DNA from: Rebecca billardiae RCC1528
Taxonomy: Eukaryota; Protista; Haptophyta
Reading direction: 5' to 3'
NCBI GenBank assembly: GCA_965240325.2
Contig: OZ251233.1
Span: 930,001-994,000, forward strand
Length of the DNA: 64,000 nt
Positions 1 to 9,607 of the stretch are shown in pieces. Both the position numbers and the translations under genes were made by a program. Numbering within the stretch: position 1 is the stretch's first letter; the number at the start of each line of letters is the position of its first letter. The notes under the pieces were generated by a model, which was given only the letters and a program-made list of their open reading frames with translations, searched no databases and was not told the DNA's origin.

Positions 1-351
1 GGTGGCGCGGAGGCGGGCGGCGCGGAGGCGGGCGGCGCGGGCGAGCTGGCGCGCCGCCCGCCGCTCACCGTGGAGCGCTACCTGCGCGACGCGAGGTTCG
101 ACGCGCAGGAGGCGGTGGAGATGGGCCACGCCTGCGGCGGCGACGGGCGGCATGGCGGCGGCGGCGGCGGCGGCGGCAAGCGCGGCAAGGGCAAGAAGGG
201 GGCGCACCGGAGGGGGCCACACGCCACGGGCGGCGGCGGCGACGACGAGGACCCGATGGCGCGCTTCGCCGTGCCCGTCTCGGGCGGCGGCTTCCCCGGG
301 CAGCCGCGGCTTCCCGACCGGATGGTCGCGACGGGCCCGTCGATCGTGTAG
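1..351 (+). CDS. 3' end of a hypothetical protein gene entering from the left edge
   Basis: Frame +1 is open from base 1 to TAG at 349-351 with GC3-rich codons (ELARRPPLTVERYLRDARFDAQEAVEMG..., Gly/Lys-rich tail). No family recognised. Confidence 0.5.
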   Translation, partial: GGAEAGGAEAGGAGELARRPPLTVERYLRDARFDAQEAVEMGHACGGDGRHGGGGGGGGKRGKGKKGAHRRGPHATGGGGDDEDPMARFAVPVSGGGFPGQPRLPDRMVATGPSIV

Positions 352-639
352 CCCGGCTCTGCGCGGCTGATTGCGCTCAGTGTCCTCGCGCGCGCGCGAA
401 GCAGCTGGCACGCCGCCCTGCCGGCGCGCGGGCAGCGCTTGCCGGCCGCGCGCGGGCAGCGCGAGCGGCCGCCCGCCGCGGCGCGGAACAGGCGCGAGGC
501 GGCGTGGATGGCGCCGAGATCGCACGGCCGGAGGGACGCGAGCACGCTCTCAACTAGAGCAGCCGGCAGGTCGGCCAGCTATCGCGCCACCTCGGCGTCC
601 CAGCCCCGCCGCCGGGGCCAGCGCCAGTGGGTCCGCCAT
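352..639 (-). pseudogene. F-box-like gene relic
   Basis: Minus strand reads LADLPAALVESVLASLRPCDLGAIHAASRLFR (F-box-like), but is preceded by an in-frame TAG and is out of frame with the ATG at 639. Confidence 0.45.
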
Positions 640-784
640 TGAGCGGGTCCAGGGCCACCCTCGGCCGGCCCGCGCCAAATTTCAGCATCGGGCATACGTA
701 TCCTGCTTCTATCGTCCGATATTTCGCGAAAAGGCGCTATAAATTGTCACCACGCCGCCGCGACGATTCGTTCGGCCAACCGTG

Positions 785-3700
785 ATGGCGGTGGCCCCCG
801 TGGAGCGCGCGCCATCTCCGCCGGGCAGGGCGAGCTCCTTCCTGGCGGAGCAGCTGCGCGTGCTGGCGGTGCGCGCGCTTGGCATCTTCGTGGCCGTCGC
901 CTGGTCCCAGTTCCTCGGCAGCCTCTTCGAGGTGGCGACTGAGGACGAGGCGCAGGCGGGCCGCATCGCCACGACCAGCGCGGTGTGCGCGACCAGCTAC
1001 GCGCTCGCCGCCTTCTCGCTGTACGTGTACGCGGGGCGCGGCGACGTGGATGGCGTGATCGTCGTGCTCGTCTCGGTCGGCGAGCTCGTCGCCGTCTCCT
1101 TCCGCGACCTCGCCGAGGAGTGCGTCGGCGTCCTCGACGCCGAGGTCCACGCCAACACAGGCCACATGGTGCGCGCGGCCGAGGCCGACTTTGCGACGGC
1201 GCTGGCGATCTTCGCGCTCGGCGTCGGGATCATCCTCGGGCTCTCGCACGCGCGCGCGCCGCGCACCTCGCCGCTCCTCCACGCCGCCCTCACCTCCGTC
1301 GAGATGGACGCGTTCGGCTTCTGCGCCGGCTGGGCGCTCAACGACGCTTGCTACCACGCTATCCTGCGCAACACGCGCGCCGAGGCGAACGGTGCGCGCG
1401 CGCCCGCACGCCGCCGCGCGGCTGGGCCCCGGGGGGCTGGGGCGGGCGGGCGGCGTGTGTGTGCGCGCGCGCGCGTGCGCGTGTGTGTGCCCCTCACGCC
1501 GCGCCACCGCCACCCCGCAATGTTCCTCCCCCTCCTCCTCCTCCTCCTCCTCCTCCTCCTCCTCCTCCCCTCTCTCTGCTGTGTGTGTGTGTGCGTGTGC
1601 GTGCGCGTGCTGCCCCGCCTCCGCGCGCCGTTGCGCCCGCCCTGCCCGCTGCCGCCCGCCTCCGACTGTGCTCACACCGACCCACGCCCGTGCCTGCTTT
1701 GCGCGCGCTCACTCACTGACTGATCACTCACTGACTGATCACTCACTGACTGATCACTCACTGACTGATCACGCACTGACTGATCACGCACTGACTGATC
1801 ACGCACTGCCTGGCCCGCCATCAGTCTGGGCTTGCTTTGTCTACTGCCTGCTGATGCTGCAGCTCGGCCAGGCGGCCATCCTGCGGGTGGGCCTGGCGCT
1901 GCACCGCCTCCCGCTCGGCTCGGCCACGCTCGACGTGCTCGAGCACCTGCACGGCCACGCGTGGGCGTTCGTGCTCGGCCTTGCGCTCGCGTACTGGCTG
2001 GGCGAGCTGCACGCGGCCGACGAGACGCGGCACCGGCGCTTCGGCTCGGCGGCGCTCGCGACGGCTCTCGGCATCGGCGTCGCGTGGCACGCGGCGCGCC
2101 GGCTGCGGCGCGCTGAGCGCGCCGTCTTCCCGAGTCTGGAGGCGCTGGTGCGAGCGCAGCCGCACGTGCGCTGGCCGCCGCTGCAGATCGACGGCGAGCA
2201 GCCTGGCGTGTGGCGCGTGCGCGCGCGCCGCGGCGACGGCGCGGCCGCGCGCGCGCCCGCCGCGGAGGGCTCGAGGGGCGGCGGCATGCGCGCGCTCGCG
2301 CGCATGCCCTCCTCACTCGGAGAGCTGCGCGCGCACGCGTCCGAGCTCGCGGGGCGCGTGCACTCGAAGCTGCTGCTCGCGGACGACGCCGACGCCGGCT
2401 CCGCCTACGCTCTCGTGGACGAGAGCTTGGGCGAGGCGCTGGCCAAGGTGAGGGCCGCGCCGCCGGGCGCGGTGCTCTGCTTCGAGATCGCCGAGCGGGG
2501 CGGCGCGGGGGACGGCGCGGCGCGGCGCGAGGAGACGAGTGGCGGCGCGCGCGGCGCGGGCGAGCACGACACGCCCGGTGCGTTGACGCCGCTGGGCCCG
2601 GGCGGCGGCGGCGCGGCGGCGCCGCGCGCGTCGCGCGCGCTCGTGCTCGTGCGCACGCCGGCCGGTCCGGGCGATGTCCTTGTGGTGCCGGTGCTGCGGC
2701 GCGCGGGCGGCTGGACGGCGTGGGAGCAGCAGGAGCGTGCGGTGCGCGCCGAGCTGCTGGGACTGGGCATGTCCTTCGTCGTGGGCTGGTCGTGGGAGGA
2801 GGCGTTCGACCGGCTGATCGAGCACGCCCACGCTGAGCGCCCCGCGCGCGCCGTGCTCGTCCGAGGCCTGTTCGCGCTGAGCTCGCTCGCAGCGTTCGGG
2901 GCGCTGTGCCGCCTGACGCGGTGGTACCGCGCGGCGGCGTGCGCGCACTTCATGCCCGGCGTGCGGCACGCGGTGGAGGCGGCGGCCGAGCCTGGCTCGG
3001 AGCACGGGGGTGGGGGGAGCACCGGCAGGGTCTCTTCACGGCACGCGCGCACGCAGCCGCACGCGCACGACACCGAGTTGGTGATGGGCGGCATGCGATA
3101 CGCACGCATGCATGATGACGACGGCGGCGAGGGCGGCGGCGAGGGCGGCGGCGCGAGCGACGCTGCTGCGGACGCGAGCGACGCCGCCGCCGCCACGCAC
3201 GCCGCCCCCCGCCAGCTGCTCAAGCCGCCCCCCGCCGGGCGCGAGGCCGGCAGCGCGCGCTCACACGAGCCCGACAGAGCGGCGCGCAGCGTGCGCTCGC
3301 CCAGCTCCGTCAGCACGCGCGATGGCTCTCACGATGGCGGCGACGACGACCGCGAGGAGGAGGAGGAGGAGGCTGAGGAGGGCGCGCAGGAGGCGCACCC
3401 GGCGGGGCGGGGCTCGGGCCGAGCGGCAGCCCGCGAGCAGCCGCGGCCCCCTGCCGGGCCGCATGCCGCCGAGCGCCCGCCCATCATTGCAGCCGACTGC
3501 TTTGGCCGGACCGCGGCGCGGCCGCCGACGCGCGACGAGTCTGCGGCCATGAACACAGCTGCGCTCGCGCGCGCGCGGCGCGCGCCGGCCGAGCGAGCGC
3601 GGCCGGGGCACGCCGAGGACCTGCTGGACGCGCGGCGCTCGCAGGTCAGCGCGGAGGTCGACCCCGAGGAAGGGCGCCCGGCGCAGCGGCTGCCGGCAGC

Positions 3701-4418
3701 AAGCCCCGGCGGCGCGGTGGGCGCGGCGGCAACGGCGGCGGCGCGCGCAGGCAGCTGCGCGCGCCTCCCACGCCCTCTCCGCCCGGGAGCGCCCGCGGGG
3801 CCTCTGCACCCCGGGAGGCCGGCGGGCGAGGCGCTCGCCTCGCCGCCGCGCCCGCCTCCGCTCAAGAGCGCGGCCTCCGACCTCGCGTACCGCTCGCTCT
3901 TCGGCGGCGACGAGGCGGAGCACGACGATGACCCGAGCTCGCCGCGCCCGCCGCCGCTCAAAAACGCGCGCTCCGATCTCGCGTACCATTCGCTCTTCGG
4001 CGGCGCCGAGGATCAGGAGGACAGCCCGCCGCTCAAGCCGCGCGGCGCCGCGGTGGGGCAGGCGCGCGAGCAGAGCTACGCCGCCTTTGGCCGCGCGCAC
4101 GGGCCCTCCTCCGCCGTCGAGGGCCTCAGCCCCACCGCCGAGCGCGGCATCGCCGCCTTCTTTGCCGTGCGCGCCTCGGGCGCCAACGGCGCGCCGCTGC
4201 GCACCGGCGGCGCGGAGGTGGACGTGCAGCTCAAGCGCGCGGCCGACGCGCCGGGCAGCGCCGGGGCGCCGCCCGAGGTGAGCGTGGTCGACACCGCCGA
4301 CGGCAGCTACCTGTGCACGTTCGTCCCCGAGCGGGTGGGCGCGCACGAGCTGCACGTGCGCGTCGAGGGCGAGCACGTGCGCGGCTCGCCCTTCCGCGTG
4401 TCCGTCGTCGTGCCGTGA
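785..4418 (+). CDS. multi-pass membrane protein with C-terminal filamin/ABP280 Ig-like repeat; exons 785-1391 and 1825-4418
   Basis: Several hydrophobic segments. GT-AG intron 1392-1824 joins the frames in phase (N-V-WACFVY). C-terminus VVDTADGSYLCTFVPERVGAHELHVRVEGEHVRGSPFRVSV matches the filamin repeat consensus. Confidence 0.75.
1521..1808 (+). repeat. intronic simple repeats: (CCT)n, (GT)n and about 6 copies of 15-bp ACTCACTGACTGATC
   Basis: Directly visible inside intron 1392-1824. Confidence 0.9.
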
Positions 4419-4595
4419 CGCATGGGCCGATGGGGCGCGCAGGAGTCCCCGCGTCGCCGCGTGACATTTGCTGCGCTGATTATTATCTTATTACCAGTAG
4501 CTAAGTCAGTCGACAGTCGATCTGACTGCTCGGATAATAATAAGTCATCGCATCTATCATGAGAGTGTCGTCTGGATATACGTACTACGACTCGA

Positions 4596-5624
4596 TCAGG
4601 ACCGTACTAGCTGGCCCACCAAGCCAGCGGCCTGCTGCGCCTTCAAGTTCAACTTTGTCAAGCCCTTCAACTTGAACTGATTACTGTTCAAGACCATCAA
4701 GTCATCGATCATCGCGGCATCATCGACGCTGCTCCGGCTGCGCTGCACTTCGGCGCGACGCGCTCGCCACCTTAGAGGCCACTCCGGAAAGCACGCGTTG
4801 CGCAGCAAGCCCGAGAGAAATGCCAACGGCACGACTGGCTGAATCTGGCGCGCCTGGACGCGCGGCCCGAGCACGCCCTGGTTCAGGTCTTTGCAGCAGT
4901 GGCATCCGCCGAGCAGCTCGCACAGAGACTTCTCGTGTCTCTGGATGAGCCTGAGGCGGTTGGCGTCACGGTAGTAGGCCTGGCAGGCGAGATGCGGGGA
5001 GGTGTTCACCCTCTCGGCTTGCTGCTGCAGACGATGCAGGTGCGCGTCCCAGCCTTTCAGCAGCTTACCGCCCTGCTCGCGAAAGGCCACGAGGCAACCG
5101 CGCAGGTCCTGGTACAGCGCGTGCGTGCGGACCCAGCAGTCGACATCCATGGTCGGCAGGGACTCCCACACCCGCATCGTGAGGCAGCCCGAGCTCAGTT
5201 GGAGGAAGCGCTGGAACGCGTCCATGTCGCTCGAGTCTCTGCTCGAAAACAGCGAAGGGTCGATCCTCTCAAGGTGTCTTCCAAAGTTGCCCAGCCGCTG
5301 CATGCCGAACGAGAAGAGGGAGACATGGTAGCTGCAAGGGTCGCGCAGCGAGGCGATGACGAAATGGCGCTGCCTGTCTTCAAGGAACGAGGGCGCCCAC
5401 TCAGGCCTGATGGTCACCGCGGAGTGTGCCACAAGCGTCTCGCGAAACGACTCCGCACCGCGCCCAGAGATCTGGTTGGCCTTTGCTTGCCCCCGCGGTG
5501 TGAAGAGCGCCTTGAGCGTGGAGCCGCCACACTTGGGGATATGGTTGATCAGAAGGCGCGTGCGATTCCCGAACGTTGGCGGCGCCGCCAACGTCGCCAA
5601 CGCCACCGTCCACAGCAGCATCAT
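4596..5624 (-). CDS. secretory-pathway sulfotransferase family protein
   Basis: Signal-like MMLLWTVALATLAA; 5'-PAPS motif HIPKCGGST; 3'-PAPS motif SLRDPCSYHVS. Only the 3' part of the 4596..7664 track ORF is real. Confidence 0.8.
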   Translation of the reverse strand: MMLLWTVALATLAAPPTFGNRTRLLINHIPKCGGSTLKALFTPRGQAKANQISGRGAESFRETLVAHSAVTIRPEWAPSFLEDRQRHFVIASLRDPCSYHVSLFSFGMQRLGNFGRHLERIDPSLFSSRDSSDMDAFQRFLQLSSGCLTMRVWESLPTMDVDCWVRTHALYQDLRGCLVAFREQGGKLLKGWDAHLHRLQQQAERVNTSPHLACQAYYRDANRLRLIQRHEKSLCELLGGCHCCKDLNQGVLGPRVQARQIQPVVPLAFLSGLLRNACFPEWPLRWRARRAEVQRSRSSVDDAAMIDDLMVLNSNQFKLKGLTKLNLKAQQAAGLVGQLVRS

Positions 5625-5807
5625 TCTGTGGTGAACATGCCCCCTCCAAGAACAGCTCGTACCCGGCTCGGCAGCGGAGACCATCAAAAAGCGCCCGAGA
5701 CCTTCGTCTGTCATGAGAATCGCCGCCGTTGGGCGTGGGGCTGTGCCGGTGGGCGCGAACTTCGTCGCCATCGCCGACGGGGCAGGGCAGCTGCAGTCGA
5801 GCTTGCC

Positions 5808-7571
5808 ATGCTCTCGCGCAGCGCGTCCGCGCAGCGCGGGCTCCTGCGCCTCGCGTGGCCGCGCGGCCTCGCCACGGCGTCGCCGCGCGAGCACGAGCTG
5901 CGCGCCGAGATCAATGCGTTCACGCACCAGCGGCCATTCGAAAAGATGTCGCTCCCGGCCGTCGTGTCGAGCATCTCGCTCTCGCCCAAGGACGTGGTCA
6001 ACCTGGACGGCGTGCGCTGCCCGCTGCGCTCGACCGAGCCGGGCGGGCAGCACGACTACGAACGGGACTACGCGCACCTCGAGCGGCTGTGCAACTTCTT
6101 CATCGTCAACCCGCCGCCGTACGGCGCGGCGTTCTTCTCGGCGAATCTGGGCGGCGCGTGCCACCTGCGCTGGGAGCGGCACTCGGAGATGCAGACGTAC
6201 ACGTTCTACCGCAGGGCGAGCCCGGAGGACGTCGAGCGGCCGTTCGACGAGGAGCGCGTCGCCCTCTCCGCCCTCCCCGCCGACTGGCTCCGCTCGATGC
6301 CCGGCGCGCTCGTGAGCGCGACGCACTTTGCGGTCGTGGACCATACGCCTGAGGCGGGCGCGACGGAGCACGACGAGGCGCAGTTCCGCGAGGTGAAGCG
6401 GCTGCTCAACCACTACGGGCACATCACCGGCGCCGCGCTGCACTCGCGCGCCTTCCGCTGCTTCTCCGACTGGCGCGTCCACCCGGACGGCTTCAGCCGG
6501 ATCGTGCTGTACGCCATGCCGCGCGCGAACCGGATGGCGGCGGGCAAGGTGGTGCAGCGACTGACCGAGCTCGAGAAGTACCGCACGATGGCGATGATGG
6601 CGATGCCGCTCGCGCGCGACCTGGCGCCCGAGGTGGACCGGCTCTCGCGCGACCTGCAGCACGTCGTGGACGCCGTCGACGGGCTCGACGGCCGCGACGC
6701 CGCACTCACCGAGCAGCGCACTCTCCTGCACGAGCTGTGTGCAATCACCGCGCTCGCAGTCAAGCACCAGGCGGCGTCGAACATGCGCTTCTCCGCGTCG
6801 GAGGCGTACGCGCAGATCGTGGAGGACCGGCTCGAGGCGCTGCGCACCGAGCGGATCGACGGCGTGCCCAGCGTGCCCTCCTTCATCCTCGCCGCGACCC
6901 GGCCCGCGCTGCGCACCTGCCGCTCGGTCGCGCACAGGCTCGCGGAGGTGACGCGCGCATCGCAGCTCACCGCCGAGCTGATGCGCACGTCGCTCACGGT
7001 GCAGCAGCAGGCGGCGAGCGCGGAGCAGCTCGTCAAGATCGAGCAGACCGCGCGCACGCAGCTGCTGCTGCAAGAGTGCGTCGAGGGCCTCTCCGCCGTC
7101 GCCATCACCTACTACTGCCTCGGCTGCCTTGGCTATGTGGCCAAGTCGGCGGCGGCGCTCGGCGCGCTGCCCGCAGGCGCCTCGCCCGAGCTCGTGATCG
7201 GCGCGTCGGTGCCGTTCGTCGGGCTTGGCGTGTGGCGCAGCCTGCACGCCATGAAGCACGCCGTGCTGCACGGCGGCGCGGCGGGCGCGCACGGCGACGC
7301 GCAGGCGCCGGCCGCCGCGCCGCCGCCCCACGCGGCCGATGCTCGTGGCGGCGAGGGCGCTGCTAGTGCTGCCGGGACTCCGGGCGGCGGCGGCGAAGCC
7401 ACTGAGGCGCAGGGCAGCGCGCCCGGCCACGCCGCGCCGCTCGCGCGCTCCGCCCCCCGGCTGCCCCGCCGCCGGCTGAGCTTGAGAGAACGGAGCGCAT
7501 CCGCGGCCGCCGACTCCGCCGGCAGCCCGCGCTCGCGGACTGCTGGCCCGTCCCCACCAGCAGCACGATGA
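5808..7571 (+). CDS. DUF3422 family protein with putative mitochondrial presequence
   Basis: HELRAEINAFTHQRPF, LRWERHSEMQTYTF, VVQRLTELEKYRTMAM, RFSASEAYAQIVEDRL and QLLLQECVEGLSAVAITYY match DUF3422 as recalled. N-terminus MLSRSASAQRGLLRLAWPRGLAT is Arg-rich and lacks acidic residues. Confidence 0.8.
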   Translation: MLSRSASAQRGLLRLAWPRGLATASPREHELRAEINAFTHQRPFEKMSLPAVVSSISLSPKDVVNLDGVRCPLRSTEPGGQHDYERDYAHLERLCNFFIVNPPPYGAAFFSANLGGACHLRWERHSEMQTYTFYRRASPEDVERPFDEERVALSALPADWLRSMPGALVSATHFAVVDHTPEAGATEHDEAQFREVKRLLNHYGHITGAALHSRAFRCFSDWRVHPDGFSRIVLYAMPRANRMAAGKVVQRLTELEKYRTMAMMAMPLARDLAPEVDRLSRDLQHVVDAVDGLDGRDAALTEQRTLLHELCAITALAVKHQAASNMRFSASEAYAQIVEDRLEALRTERIDGVPSVPSFILAATRPALRTCRSVAHRLAEVTRASQLTAELMRTSLTVQQQAASAEQLVKIEQTARTQLLLQECVEGLSAVAITYYCLGCLGYVAKSAAALGALPAGASPELVIGASVPFVGLGVWRSLHAMKHAVLHGGAAGAHGDAQAPAAAPPPHAADARGGEGAASAAGTPGGGGEATEAQGSAPGHAAPLARSAPRLPRRRLSLRERSASAAADSAGSPRSRTAGPSPPAAR

Positions 7572-7604
7572 CGAGCACTGCTCACATTGCGCGCGCGGGT
7601 ATGA

Positions 7605-9204
7605 TGGCCCGCGGTGCAGGGCGGAGCGCGCAGCGTGGAGCCCGCACCAGCGGGCCCGAACCACGTTTCAAAAAGATCTTTGATCAAGAAAAAAGGGACG
7701 GGGGGCGATTTTTTAGGGCTGGAGGAGACCGAGTTTCGATTTTGAGACTCCCTTACAGGTGCATTAGCGTCGAAAAAGGACGCGGCCGCCGTCTTGAATA
7801 GTGAACAGAGGAATCAACGAAACCCACGCCCAAGTGTGCCAGGCTGGGTACATTTTGTGGGTAGACTCTCGTTCATGTGTGATAGTTTGCCTCCGCCTTG
7901 ATGAATATGAACTTGGCTTCGCGGCGGTTGGTATCTAGAGTCTAAAACCCGCAAGCCTTATTGAAAATACCCGCGCAGCTATTCGTTGCCAGCCCATTCC
8001 ATAGTCACTGACTTACCGAGCTGGCGAGCTCAAAACCTGCCGCCGTCGCAAGGACGACGTGTGCAGGTTTCTTCGGGGGTGGCGAGCGCCGCGACGACTC
8101 ACTTGGTTGGTCCGGCAAGGGGGCGCTCGATGGGCAGGTGCGCGTGGCGAGTGCCGAGTGGCGCCTGGAGCGCGCGTCTGCGGCGGGTCCCGACGGCCGT
8201 CGACATCGCGTTCGTGCCCGCTCACTAGTCACTCCGCACGCCCCTGCCGCGCCCTGTCGATGCCTGCGCGGCCGGCCGCGCGGCCGCGCCGCCGCCGCCG
8301 CAGCCGCCGCCCTGTGTTCGGGCTCTCGCAAGCTCGGGGGCAGCGGCGCATGATGCCGGACTGATCGATCTCTGTCTCTGAGTCTCCGACTTCACCACAC
8401 GCCCCCCTTGCCATGCCTCTCCGCCAGGGTCTCCCAAAACTCTTCTTCAGAGCAGGCGCAAGTCGAACTCGGAACTGGCCGCGGCCCCGCGCGCCGTCGG
8501 CTCCCCGTGGCTGTCAGCTCCGCGTGGCCTGGGCGCCTGGCGTGCCCAGAGCTGGCCGTGCCTCTGCGACGCGTGCCGAGCCTGACCGAGGTGTGTCACC
8601 CCGTGCACGCGCGGCGCGCGCAAGCACCGGTGCTGCATGGCTGCTCGCACCGTGCTCCCTGGCTCGCGGTCAGTCAGCTAGGCCGCGTGGTGCCTGGTGT
8701 GCACGTAGAGTCGCGCTCATGCGTCGCTCACGCCTCGCGCCCGCCTGTCGGCCGTCGCGCAGGCGCGCAGGTCGAACCCTACTGACCTGCAGATCATCTA
8801 CTCCTGCGCTGCTGGCGTCGCGGCGACGACGGTCAGCGGCAGGCCCGAACGAACGGTCGAATCCGCGCGGTCCCGCGCCGTCCGGCTCCCTGGCTGTCAG
8901 TCAGCTCCGCCGGTGGCCTGGCGTGCAAGAGTCGCGCTCGTGCGTCGATCACGCCGAGTCGCATCCGCCTGTCGGCCGTCGCGCACGCGCAGGGGGTCAG
9001 GTAAGGGCCGTCTGTGATGAGGGCAGCTCGGCCGACGACCGACATCCACACTCGGCGCACGCCGGCGGCGGCGCGGCGCTGGGCGGCGCGCCGCTGGATG
9101 GAGTCTAGTTACACGTGTACGGGACGACTGCGACGGAGGGTGCACCGCCACCGCGGGCCCCGAACTACGTTCGTTCTACGGAAAAGGACCGCGGAACGCG
9201 GTCA
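7605..9204 (+). mobile_element. non-autonomous Helitron2/Helentron-like element, copy 1
   Basis: 5' TGGCCCGCGGTG in a hairpin; sub-terminal CACCGCGGGCC at 9149-9159; 3' hairpin GACCGCG-GAA-CGCGGTC at 9187-9203. Ends are shared with four other copies. Confidence 0.8.
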
Positions 9205-9212
9205 TATATATC

Positions 9213-9275
<63 letters not shown>
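9205..9275. repeat. (TA)n microsatellite
   Basis: Directly visible, abutting the 3' end of copy 1. Confidence 0.95.
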
Positions 9276-9558
9276 ATCTTGATGCGCGCGCGTTCGTCGA
9301 CACCAGGCCGCGCCAGACTGAGACGGTGCGTCGAGGCTCGACTTCGAGCTTCCGCTCGGCGATGGAGTGATGGGCGACTACGAGGGGGGGGGGGGGGGCG
9401 ACGGCGAGGAGCGCTGACGATCCTGGTGTTTGTCTCTGCTGCTCCGGATGATCTGCTGCTACAGCTTGCTGAGTGCTGACTCTGACGCTTGCCCGTTGCA
9501 TACGCCATACTCCACTTCGTTAATTTATTATAATATATTTGCTGTACGGTCGCTTTTA

Positions 9559-9607
9559 TTTAAAGCTGTGTTCACCAGAATATTATTCTGGTGAACACAG
9601 CTTTAAA
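9559..9607. repeat. perfect 49-bp palindrome: a 39-bp AG...CT unit flanked by TTAA (Kolobok-like miniature element?)
   Basis: TTTAAAGCTGTGTTCACCAGAATA-T-TATTCTGGTGAACACAGCTTTAAA; 24-bp arms, 1-nt loop. Confidence 0.85.

Noticed and set aside
1709-1808. CRISPR-like array here or at 58951-59225
   Set aside because: Repeats are contiguous with no unique spacers, there are no cas genes, and the context is eukaryotic.
4596-7664. 1022-aa minus ORF and 890-aa plus ORF as overlapping antisense genes
   Set aside because: Both are extended by stop-poor GC-rich antisense frames. The real genes are the divergent 4596-5624 (-) and 5808-7571 (+).
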